DNA from: an uncultured delta proteobacterium
GTDB taxonomy: Bacteria; Desulfobacterota; Desulfobacteria; Desulfobacterales; B30-G6
Direction: 5' to 3'
DNA length: 64,000 nucleotides
Assembly (NCBI GenBank): GCA_963823335.1
Contig: CAWGLD010000008.1
Coordinates: 64,001-128,000 of the forward strand
In this document: in pieces, positions 38,747 through 47,786 of the stretch
Numbering within the stretch: the first letter of the stretch is position 1
How the letters are laid out: every line of letters starts with the position of its first letter
Made by a program: the position numbers and the translations under genes
The notes under the pieces: model-generated
The model's input: the letters and a program-made list of their open reading frames with translations, nothing else
The model's database searches: none
What the model was told of the DNA's origin: nothing

Positions 38747-39928
38747 TTAGTTCTGGTTGGTGATGATTTCGAACAAATACTTGGCTGCCGTTGCTGCACC
38801 TTCCAGATTAATTTCCGGTTTTGGCAACTTTGAAGAACAAAGCTGTCGTTTTAAAACTTGCGCAAGGTCTACACCTTTCATATCTTCAGCTTTACAAGTA
38901 GTCAGGCGGTCTCTGTTGAGAAAACTGAGTTGGGTCATGTGAGCTTGCTGTTCTTCGTCCTGCATTCCCCGCAACAGGACTACTGCGGGAATATTGGCAT
39001 AGAATACATCGGTTAAACTGTTGTAACCACCGTAGATGACGGCTGTTTTCGCTTTCAACAATACTTGTCGATATTGTTCATCCGCTGGTGTCACCTTACA
39101 AAAAGGCAATTTTGCAAAAACGCTTTGAATCCACTTCTGGTTTGAAAGATCGTCCGCTGCTCCGATGAATAATCGCCATATCCCATATTGGGGCCCAATT
39201 TCATTTAACGCATAGAAAAGCTGTTTTATAACATGCTCTGTATCTTCCCCCAACCATGGAATTGAAACAACACCTGCGATATCATCGTTTGTATTGTTTC
39301 GCAGCGATAGCCATTGATCAAGCTCGGATATCCGGCACACATAACCGGTCTCCAGAGGCTGAATAGTGAAATGTTTTTTCAGGGCTCTCATCTGGTCTTT
39401 TCCCAGCAATCGACTGTCGCCATACCACAAAAGGTGCTTATAATGCTCTGTAAAAAGCCTTTTTGCGATGTCTGACCAGACTTGAGGAACATTACCCACC
39501 CAACCCCTCACACCCAGCACCCAAGCAGTATCTGTATCACGAGTTGCTTCTAAAGAAGGTACCAGCTCTTTGTGTTTCCCCTGGGGAGTATGATCGGCCA
39601 GGATACAGCGTGGGTGTAATACATCGACAAGATGTTTAATAATACGACTTCTACACGCACCCAACTCAGAATCTGCAAAATTGATGAAGCTTGATTGCCC
39701 GGTGGAAACGCCATGCACGACTTTTGTTTGGTAAGCGGGTAACTTCAACCAATCCAGAGGCACATTCTCGACGAGTTGTGAGACCATCCTACTGCCCGTT
39801 ACAAATAACATTTTTAGCTCAGGATAAAGGCGCCGAACAGCCATACCGACAGCAATGCTACGGCTTGCATGACCTTGGCCACGACCGTCATGTGCATATA
39901 TCAAAAGATCCAATCGGGAGGTAATCAT
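38747..39928 (-). CDS. Predicted GT-B glycosyltransferase (COG4671-like)
   Basis: YAHDGRGQGHASR, DHTPQG, GGYNS, EQ. Confidence 0.75.
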   Translation of the reverse strand: MITSRLDLLIYAHDGRGQGHASRSIAVGMAVRRLYPELKMLFVTGSRMVSQLVENVPLDWLKLPAYQTKVVHGVSTGQSSFINFADSELGACRSRIIKHLVDVLHPRCILADHTPQGKHKELVPSLEATRDTDTAWVLGVRGWVGNVPQVWSDIAKRLFTEHYKHLLWYGDSRLLGKDQMRALKKHFTIQPLETGYVCRISELDQWLSLRNNTNDDIAGVVSIPWLGEDTEHVIKQLFYALNEIGPQYGIWRLFIGAADDLSNQKWIQSVFAKLPFCKVTPADEQYRQVLLKAKTAVIYGGYNSLTDVFYANIPAVVLLRGMQDEEQQAHMTQLSFLNRDRLTTCKAEDMKGVDLAQVLKRQLCSSKLPKPEINLEGAATAAKYLFEIITNQN

Positions 39929-40127
39929 GGCCAGAAAACTAAAGTTTTTATCGCCGCAATGTCAAGATAAATAAATCGAAAAAGGTTTACAATTGCATAT
40001 CAGTAACATAAAAAGGTTTAGCTATTTTTTGCATGAGATCTTTTGAAAAACCCCGCAGCATGCGCAGCACTGCCGTACGGCAGAACCTACGGGGATAGCG
40101 CTCGCTGTTGCGGTTCAACAATCCAAT

Positions 40128-41102
40128 ATGAAAAAAGCAATGATAACGCTTTCCAACATAAAAGCATTAAATATAGAAGCCACATCGAGTTGCACTGCTC
40201 ACTGTCCTTTTTGCAGCCGCCAGCAAAAAGTTCGCGACTACGGCGCCCATCGAATCAGCTTCTCCGACATTCAAAAATTACCCAAAGAGCTGATAAGTGG
40301 TTTGCGTAGAATCACCTTTGCCGGCAATTTTGGAGATCTTTCCTGCAATCCTGAAATGATTGATATTGTAAGTTATATAAAAGGGTTAAATAAAAATATC
40401 GTCCTTGGTGGTGAAACCAATGCCGCTACTCAAAAACCTGATTGGTGGCATGCTTTGGGAAATTATTATAGAGATGGGATGATGATCTTTGCAGTTGACG
40501 GTCTTTCAGATACCCACTCGCTTCACCGAGTGGGAACTGATTTTGACATGGTTATCGGAAATATACGTGCATTTACATCCTCCGGTGGACAAGCAACCTG
40601 GAAATTTATCCTTTTCGAACACAACGAGCACCAAATCAAACCTGCAGAGAAATTGGCAGAAGTATCGGGATGCAATCAATTTATCGTTGTATCTTCAAGG
40701 GACTATAATGACACTTTAAGAAAGCCAAAGACCTTTGATATTAAAATCAAAAGAGATATCTTTCGTCTTTATAAAGATGAATCGGTGGAAGCTTCCTGCA
40801 AACCCTTAGCCGATGGTTCGTTATACATCGCTGCAGACGGCACAGTACATCCCTGCTGTTTTGCCCATTGTATGTATGTCACGGAACATAATCAGCAGTT
40901 CCGATTCATACTGCCGCTAATTGAAAAATACAATGAAAGAATTAATTTCAAGACCCGGCAACTGGGGGATATTATACAGGGAAAGTATTTTCAGAACGCG
41001 CTGACCTTATCAAAAACCAATTCGTATTGCCGTACAAAGTGCAACACCCACAAGAAAAAAATCAGACAGAAGATGGTTTTATATCATAAACACTTTCAAT
41101 AA
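40128..41102 (+). CDS. Radical SAM protein with C-terminal SPASM/twitch-like cysteines
   Basis: CTAHCPFC; C...LYIAADGTVHPCC...C...C. Confidence 0.85.
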   Translation: MKKAMITLSNIKALNIEATSSCTAHCPFCSRQQKVRDYGAHRISFSDIQKLPKELISGLRRITFAGNFGDLSCNPEMIDIVSYIKGLNKNIVLGGETNAATQKPDWWHALGNYYRDGMMIFAVDGLSDTHSLHRVGTDFDMVIGNIRAFTSSGGQATWKFILFEHNEHQIKPAEKLAEVSGCNQFIVVSSRDYNDTLRKPKTFDIKIKRDIFRLYKDESVEASCKPLADGSLYIAADGTVHPCCFAHCMYVTEHNQQFRFILPLIEKYNERINFKTRQLGDIIQGKYFQNALTLSKTNSYCRTKCNTHKKKIRQKMVLYHKHFQ

Positions 41103-41214
41103 GAAAATCGACCCGTCAAGAGACGGCGCCATCTTAACCCCCTATGAGAAATAGCTACCAACCGTTGCTGATCGATGAACGCTTCGAAAGACACAAGGAT
41201 CATCCCCGTAGAAG

Positions 41215-42357
41215 ATGAAAATTTTTTTTCACACACCATTTAAACCTTTAGAGCATCCTGCCCCCTCCGGTGATCTGATTATCGCTACTGAATTGATGAC
41301 GTATTTAAAACAATGCCTTCACATCGTCCACCCTGTGGCGGCTGTTCGCTCTCGCTGGCTGTATTGGCGTCCCTGGCTTTGGCCAAAAATTCTCTCTGAC
41401 TATCGACGAGCTGTTAAATCGATTAAATCCCGACAGCCCCATCTCTGGATAACATATCATAGCTACTACAAAGCACCCGATGTCCTGGGGCCTGCAGCGT
41501 GCAGAGCAACCGGTTTGCCGTATGTCATATTCCAGGGTATCTACTCCACCAAACAGCGACGGGATATCAAAACCTGGCCTGGATTTATGCTAAATCGATA
41601 TGCGCTTCAGAAAGCACATCATATTTTTACCAATAAAAAAAGAGACTGGACGAACTTAAAACGAATCATACCGGAACATCGACTGACTTATTTAACGCCT
41701 GGTCTAGAAGTGAAAAATTTTATGTTTAACCAAAAAGTACGGGAGAGGGTTCGGCAGACCTGGAAAATCGGCGATACACCGGCAATCCTTACAGCTGCCA
41801 TGTTTCGACAGGATGTTAAAACCCAAGGCCTTCTATGGCTGATTCGATGCTTGGGACACCTGAGAAAAACATTAGGAAATTTCGTTTTAATCATCGCCGG
41901 AGATGGTATAGAAAAATCAAAAATAGTTAGATACGCAGCAAAGCATCTGCCAGGCCAGCATCACTTTTTAGGCAAACTCCCTCGGGATAAGATGGTTGAA
42001 TTTTACAGTGCTGGTGAGATATTTGTTTTCCCAGGCATCGATGAATCGCTTGGTATGGTTTATCTGGAAGCCCAGTCATGTGGTTTGCCTGTTGTGGCCT
42101 TTCGAAACGCCGGAATTCCGGAAGTAGTCATTGATGGCAAAACTGGTATATTAACAAACATGTTTTCAAAACAACAATTTATAAAGGCTATAAAAAAGTT
42201 GTTGCTCAATAATGTACTGCGGGAAGAGATGGGGCGTAATGCTCGTCGATATGTTCACGCACACCACAACATTGACATGAACTACCATAAAATGGAGGGA
42301 ATTCTAAACACGATCGTGTCAGATAAATTTGTCGATTTTCCTAAAGTTGGGATGTAA
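41215..42357 (+). CDS. Glycosyltransferase family 4
   Basis: PFKPLEHPAPSGD; ESLGMVYLEAQSCGLPVV (EX7E). Confidence 0.9.
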   Translation: MKIFFHTPFKPLEHPAPSGDLIIATELMTYLKQCLHIVHPVAAVRSRWLYWRPWLWPKILSDYRRAVKSIKSRQPHLWITYHSYYKAPDVLGPAACRATGLPYVIFQGIYSTKQRRDIKTWPGFMLNRYALQKAHHIFTNKKRDWTNLKRIIPEHRLTYLTPGLEVKNFMFNQKVRERVRQTWKIGDTPAILTAAMFRQDVKTQGLLWLIRCLGHLRKTLGNFVLIIAGDGIEKSKIVRYAAKHLPGQHHFLGKLPRDKMVEFYSAGEIFVFPGIDESLGMVYLEAQSCGLPVVAFRNAGIPEVVIDGKTGILTNMFSKQQFIKAIKKLLLNNVLREEMGRNARRYVHAHHNIDMNYHKMEGILNTIVSDKFVDFPKVGM

Positions 42358-42531
42358 ATGACACGCCTGTGACTATTTCTAACATTGCAAAAGCCGGAGG
42401 GTAAACAACATGGCAAAAAAGACACCATCCTTAGAATTCACCTGAGGGAATATCCAGGTAATGGCGTTATCGCTACCATATTGCATATAATAACAATTCA
42501 TTATCTATGCTTTGTCATGTTGTTTATGCAA

Positions 42532-42825
42532 CTATAGGGTTATCTTCTCGATAACCTCACCTGCCTTGTTCAGCAAATAAAGCCTGAACCCGGCGCTGCC
42601 GGCGTGGCCCACCAGTTCTTCGTAAATGACCGCCTGGACTTCGACAGGCGTCTTTTTGTCCCTTGCCATGAGGTTCAAACACATCAGGGCATCTTCTTTT
42701 TCTAAAAAGACGGGAATAAAAGATATTCCCGTATCTGCTTCCTGTTGACCCAGATATTGTGCATTCTTATCCGGATTCTGTACGACAACATAAACCCACT
42801 GATCTTTCTTGATATGTGTTGGCAT
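42532..42825 (-). CDS. Hypothetical protein (97 aa)
   Basis: Clean ORF with AGGAG RBS. Confidence 0.7.
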   Translation of the reverse strand: MPTHIKKDQWVYVVVQNPDKNAQYLGQQEADTGISFIPVFLEKEDALMCLNLMARDKKTPVEVQAVIYEELVGHAGSAGFRLYLLNKAGEVIEKITL

Positions 42826-43018
42826 TCATAATCTCCTAATAAAATCGTGAAACGATTTTATACCGCTTGTCATAATAATGTTCCGAAAATAGGATGGCGG
42901 CATAAGGGGTTGTAGCAGAAAAAAGGTCCTCAATCGGAACGTTTTTCTGACAACCCCAATATATGACGCGACGTTGTCGCTCTTTGCTGAAGGGTTTTAC
43001 CATCCGTTGTCTGACGGT

Positions 43019-44071
43019 CTAACCGTTAAAATATGACTCGAACAGGGAAACCGCCCGGTGGATATCAGCGATGCCTATATCCAGATGGGTCACCAAGCGA
43101 ATGGGGTTTCCAATATCGATCAGCACACCCGCCGCTTTCAAATATGACGCGAGGGCATCAGGGTCGCCGGTTCTCAAGGACGCAAAAACCATATTGGTCT
43201 GCACTAAGGTCATATCGATATCGATTTCACCGATATTGGCAAGTCCCTGCGCAAGAACCATGGCATTGGCGTGGTCCTCCGAAAGCCGGTCGACATTTTC
43301 CTGTAGAGCGAGAATACCGGCTGCCGCCAGAATCCCGGCCTGGCGCATGCCGCCTCCCAACACTTTACGCCACCTTCGGGCTCTTTTCACAAGCTCCCTG
43401 GAACCGCACAAGAGGGATCCCACGGGCGCTCCCAGTCCCTTGGAAAGACAGATGGAAACGGAATCAAAATGACGGGAGATTTCAATGGGCGCAACACCCA
43501 GTTTTACGGCTGCATTGAACAGCCGAGCACCATCCAGATGACAGCTCAAGCCATGCGCCACGACCATGGATCGGGCTTTTTCCAGGTAAGCCAATGGTAA
43601 AACCTTGCCGGCCTGGGTGTTTTCAAGACACAGAAGCCGGGTTTTGGCAAAATGAATATCGTCCGCCTTGACAGCCTGAGCAACCGCCATAAGATCAAGG
43701 GTTCCATCCTTCTGGAACTCGATGGGCTGCGGCTGGATGCTGCCGAAGACGGCGGCGCCACCCCCTTCGTACTTATACGTGTGCGCCTGCTGCCCCACAA
43801 TATACTCATCGCCTCTTTCACAATGACTCAGAAGGGCCATCAAATTGCTCTGAGTTCCCGACGTCGCCAGGATGGCGGCTTCCTTGCCCAGCATATCGGC
43901 TGCGAGGGATTCCAGGCGATTGACTGTTGGATCGTCCCCATACACGTCATCGCCTACCACTGCGCCGGACATGGCTGAACGCATTTTCTGCGTCGGTTGT
44001 GTAACCGTATCGCTTCGAAGATCGATCAAATTACTCTCCGCTGTCTGCACGTTTATAGCAGTTGTCAACAT
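43019..44071 (-). CDS. ltaE: Low-specificity L-threonine aldolase
   Basis: DLRSDTVT, GDDVYGDDPT, HLDGARLFNA, CLSKGLGAPVGS. Confidence 0.95.
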   Translation of the reverse strand: MLTTAINVQTAESNLIDLRSDTVTQPTQKMRSAMSGAVVGDDVYGDDPTVNRLESLAADMLGKEAAILATSGTQSNLMALLSHCERGDEYIVGQQAHTYKYEGGGAAVFGSIQPQPIEFQKDGTLDLMAVAQAVKADDIHFAKTRLLCLENTQAGKVLPLAYLEKARSMVVAHGLSCHLDGARLFNAAVKLGVAPIEISRHFDSVSICLSKGLGAPVGSLLCGSRELVKRARRWRKVLGGGMRQAGILAAAGILALQENVDRLSEDHANAMVLAQGLANIGEIDIDMTLVQTNMVFASLRTGDPDALASYLKAAGVLIDIGNPIRLVTHLDIGIADIHRAVSLFESYFNG

Positions 44072-44186
44072 ATCGTTCTAATTGCATTAGAAGGGATTTG
44101 AAGAACCACGCTGGATTCATAGAGTTAAATTATGCCCTTATAAAAGCGACGGAGTCGCGTCATATAACATCGTGTAACGATTTTAT

Positions 44187-45083
44187 TTACATAGCGTACT
44201 TGTCCCGAAGAACGGCCAGCTTTTCCAGATACGGTCTTCGATAAATCAGTCCCTTTTGATTTCCAATTTCATAGAAGGAATGATCGATAAACGGACGAAT
44301 ATCGATGCCATAGGAATTTAACATCTCATCGTTTGCCATGTCGAGGGTCAGAACAGCGTAATAACTAATCAGCACCCGCATCTTTGAGTCCCTTCTCAGA
44401 AGGTAGCTCCGCCCTGCCAGTGTATTCAAAAAAAAGCCCGCGTATTGATAACGGTTTTCCAGAGAAGGAAGCTGAATGACCTTGTCGGGGCATCGATCTC
44501 CGGATGTCATGTAGGCATAAAAAATAGCCATAACCGTTTCAATGATATCCGACTCGTTTTTGAGGAGATTCTTGAGAATATTCACCCGCTCTTTTCCCAG
44601 ATTCCGGTACAGGTGCGTGACATTCTGGATAAGCCGGATGAGATCTTCCATCTCACCCGAAAGCATCGGGGTGGACTGGGCCAGCTGTTTCGTGACATCG
44701 CCAATCAATTTATAACTGCCACCACTGCCCCTGTAAGATCCCATATAGTCCTGCTGCTCCACATAATTGAGAAATGTCTGCACTTGAAGCGACAGATCAT
44801 TGCAGTCGGTGTCGACCCCAAAGGACAAATAATCAGTTTTTTCCCCGAATATTTCCGACAACCGCTGTTCATATTGCCCGGTATCCTTGAGTTGCATCAA
44901 CTCATTCTTGATTGACTCGAGATCGGCACTCAGGACAGCTAACTCTCCATCGCAGGCTGCCTTTTCCTCTGATAAAACCCTGTCGATCCCGGCCTGATGC
45001 CATTTCCTGATTTGCATGAATCCCATGAAGAGAACCATACCGACAATCAGTACAGTTACCAGTACTTTGATAGTTCGATTCAT
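44187..45083 (-). CDS. Hypothetical membrane-anchored protein
   Basis: N-terminal TM helix and coiled coil; about 298 aa ORF. Confidence 0.7.
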   Translation of the reverse strand: MNRTIKVLVTVLIVGMVLFMGFMQIRKWHQAGIDRVLSEEKAACDGELAVLSADLESIKNELMQLKDTGQYEQRLSEIFGEKTDYLSFGVDTDCNDLSLQVQTFLNYVEQQDYMGSYRGSGGSYKLIGDVTKQLAQSTPMLSGEMEDLIRLIQNVTHLYRNLGKERVNILKNLLKNESDIIETVMAIFYAYMTSGDRCPDKVIQLPSLENRYQYAGFFLNTLAGRSYLLRRDSKMRVLISYYAVLTLDMANDEMLNSYGIDIRPFIDHSFYEIGNQKGLIYRRPYLEKLAVLRDKYAM

Positions 45084-45291
45084 CCTGTCCGTTCCTTCCC
45101 GGTTGGACATTCCCGATAGATAGACAACTTCCGTTATAGATAACTTGCTGAATTAAATATTTATAAATAGCTTAAATATGCCAAAGCCTTCTGGATGTCA
45201 AGCAGATATCCGAATCCGAGAACCCCGTGGCCGAACCGGCGCAGGAACCACATTCTCTGTGGTTTGCCAAGCCTTAGGGTAAATTCAGATA

Positions 45292-45319
45292 TTGACTTTG
45301 CCGTGTAAACTCATATGAT
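45292..45319 (+). promoter_or_regulatory. Putative sigma70 promoter
   Basis: TTGACT-N16-TATGAT upstream of the DHH gene. Confidence 0.45.
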
Positions 45320-45388
45320 CGCAGTGCATTCGAACCCGGATCGCGGTTGATCATCAACCGGCAACCTTGGCAAAAAGGAGATTAACAG

Positions 45389-46471
45389 ATGCGCATCGTT
45401 ACGCGACCAGATTTTGACGGTATCGTTTGTGCAGTTTTGATTCTGGAAGCCGAGAATGTTTCACCTTCCGTGAAATGGGTGTCCCCCAGCGACATACAGC
45501 GAGGAAACATCGATATCCGCCCTGGAGATATCATTGCCAATCTTCCTTATCACCCAAACTGTTCGTTATGGTTCGACCACCATTTTTCAAACAGGGTACG
45601 GCACAAGACCGAGGGATTTTTTGAAATTGCACCATCGGCCGCAGGCCTTGTTTTTAAATACTATAAAGACAAGCTCCAAAAGGATTTCACGAAACTGGTG
45701 ACCGAAACGGACAAGATCGACTCGGCAAATCTCTCTCTGAACGAAATTCAGACGCCTGAAAAATATCCCTTTATCCTGCTGTCCATGACCATTCAGGATC
45801 ACGTTCCATCGGATGAGTCTTATTGGAACAAGGTCCTCGACCTTTTGAGAAAAAAGGACATTGAGACCATACTGTCCGACACCGAGGTCAGAAAAAGATC
45901 AAAAGCCGTCATTCATGAAAACGTCTCCTACCAGGCGCTGCTGAAAAAACATACCCAGCTTTTGGAATGTGTTGCCATTTCAGATTTCCGGAAACTTGAC
46001 AGCATGCCCTATGGGAACCGTTTTCTGGTCTATTCCATGTTTCCAGAAGCCGTCGTGAGTGTCAAAATAGGCTTTGAAAATCCCAAAAAGGAAAAAATGG
46101 TCGTTAAGGTAGGTCACAGCATTCTCAACAGAAACTGCAGGGTAAATGTGGGTCAGATGCTTTCCTATTTTGAAGGAGGCGGGCACAAAGGTGCCGGTGC
46201 CTGCAGTTTCCCGGTGGAGAAAGCCGATGAATATCTACCAAAAATAATTGCTATCCTGAGAGAAAACGAACCTGACGGCAGCATTGTGGTCAAGATAAAT
46301 CGTAGGGCTCAGGACCGCCGGCAAAGCCGTGATCGACGAAAGACATCTCCGGACCAAACCACTTCTGAGGGGCTATTGGAAAAAAGAAAAAGTGAACGAA
46401 GGAGCAACTCCGAGCAACGCAAAAACTGGAAAAAAACAAACACCTGGCAGAGCATTAAGATAAAAATATAG
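45389..46471 (+). CDS. DHH-family phosphoesterase with an Arg-rich C-terminal extension
   Basis: RPDFDG, FDHH, GGGHKGAG; tail DRRQSRDRR..ERRSNSEQRKNW. Confidence 0.85.
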   Translation: MRIVTRPDFDGIVCAVLILEAENVSPSVKWVSPSDIQRGNIDIRPGDIIANLPYHPNCSLWFDHHFSNRVRHKTEGFFEIAPSAAGLVFKYYKDKLQKDFTKLVTETDKIDSANLSLNEIQTPEKYPFILLSMTIQDHVPSDESYWNKVLDLLRKKDIETILSDTEVRKRSKAVIHENVSYQALLKKHTQLLECVAISDFRKLDSMPYGNRFLVYSMFPEAVVSVKIGFENPKKEKMVVKVGHSILNRNCRVNVGQMLSYFEGGGHKGAGACSFPVEKADEYLPKIIAILRENEPDGSIVVKINRRAQDRRQSRDRRKTSPDQTTSEGLLEKRKSERRSNSEQRKNWKKTNTWQSIKIKI

Positions 46472-46735
46472 GATTCCAGGGGTCAAGGGTGATACAAGGG
46501 TTCGAGTGTAGCTAACAGCGGTGGGTGAAGGGCACATAATAGCATACAGTCTAACCCCCGCCCTTCGCTGTCATTTGCCATGTGTCATTCATCGTGGCTA
46601 TCAGCTATCGACGACAATAAATGACGCGCGAAGCGCTAATGACGTCCGCAGGACTAATATCGCACGGAGTGCTAATAACAGCCCATAGGGCGAGTGTCGT
46701 CCGAAGGACAGATGTCGCACGAAGTGTAAATGACA
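46472..46735 (+). repeat. Full composite repeat (GGG module, linker, leader, 6-unit mini-hairpin array)
   Basis: Starts at the base after the DHH stop codon; co-linear with the reverse complement of 30184-30423. Confidence 0.88.
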
Positions 46736-46813
46736 TTTAAAAGATAGGTAACTCGTAAAGCTATAATTTGTCCTGCTGTTTAGAAAAACACGAAAAAGGA
46801 ATTTACTTATACC

Positions 46814-47779
46814 ATGGAAGAAATCAGACCCAATCTTTTCAGGTGTGAAATACCGCTGCCTGACAACCCGCTGAAATATCTCAATTCATACATAATCAAG
46901 TCTGACAACAGAAACCTGATCATCGATACTGGTTTCAACCGCAAAGAATGTCATGAAGCCATGAAAAAAGGGCTTCATGAGCTCGATATCGATCTGAACC
47001 GTACTGATTTTTTTATTACCCACCTGCATGCAGATCATTTCGGACTGGTGGGGCGACTGGTTACGGACAACAGCCATCTCTACTTCAATCGCCCGGAAAT
47101 GGAACTTATCGAAACCTGGGAAGGATTTGAACCGATGATTGCCTTTGCCGGGAAAAACGGCTTTCCTCGTGAAGACCTACGTGCCGCCCTTGCGGCGCAT
47201 CCCGGCAACAAGTTCGGTACGGAATGGGCCCCGGCATTGGAAGCCCTGTCCGATGGCGACACCATACGCGTCGGAACATATGCCTTCAGATGTGTTGAAA
47301 CACCCGGGCACACCCTGGGCCACACCTGTCTCTACGAGCCATCACAAAAAATCCTGATTTCCGGTGATCACATTCTGGTGGATATTACCCCCAACATTCA
47401 GTGCTGGTCGGACAGAGAGAATCCTTTACAGAATTATCTGAACAGTCTCGACAAAGTATATGCGCTCGATATTAGCATGGTCCTTCCCGGCCACCGGAGA
47501 CTCTTTTCAGATCACCGCAAACGGATAGATGAGCTGAAACAGCATCACCAGTGTCGACTGGACGAGATCTGTTCAATTCTCCAGTCAGACTCTCCAAAGC
47601 ATGCCTACCAAGTTGCTTCGGAAATGAGCTGGGACATCCGATGCAACAGCTGGGATGAATTCCCCATCGCTCAAAAATGGTTTGCCACGGGTGAAGCGAT
47701 CGCTCATTTGAACTATCTCCAAAACAGTGGAAGGATCTCGAGAACAGATGCCGAAAACACCATTCAGTACATCCTCTAA
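46814..47779 (+). CDS. Metallo-beta-lactamase-fold hydrolase
   Basis: THLHADHFG, TPGHT.GH, SGDH, PGH. Confidence 0.9.
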   Translation: MEEIRPNLFRCEIPLPDNPLKYLNSYIIKSDNRNLIIDTGFNRKECHEAMKKGLHELDIDLNRTDFFITHLHADHFGLVGRLVTDNSHLYFNRPEMELIETWEGFEPMIAFAGKNGFPREDLRAALAAHPGNKFGTEWAPALEALSDGDTIRVGTYAFRCVETPGHTLGHTCLYEPSQKILISGDHILVDITPNIQCWSDRENPLQNYLNSLDKVYALDISMVLPGHRRLFSDHRKRIDELKQHHQCRLDEICSILQSDSPKHAYQVASEMSWDIRCNSWDEFPIAQKWFATGEAIAHLNYLQNSGRISRTDAENTIQYIL

Positions 47780-47786
47780 CCACGAT

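Noticed and set aside
42398-42446. Tiny ORF MAKKTPSLEFT with a good RBS
   Set aside because: Only 11 codons and no supporting homology; possibly a remnant, but it cannot be supported.
42906-42957. Inverted repeat GGGGTTGT..CAGAAAAA/TTTTTCTGACAACCCC as an IS end or terminator
   Set aside because: Single occurrence with no U-tract or transposase; its function cannot be assigned.
42968-42982. GCGACGTTGTCGCTCT palindrome, also at about 53880
   Set aside because: Only two short copies; too little to call a family.
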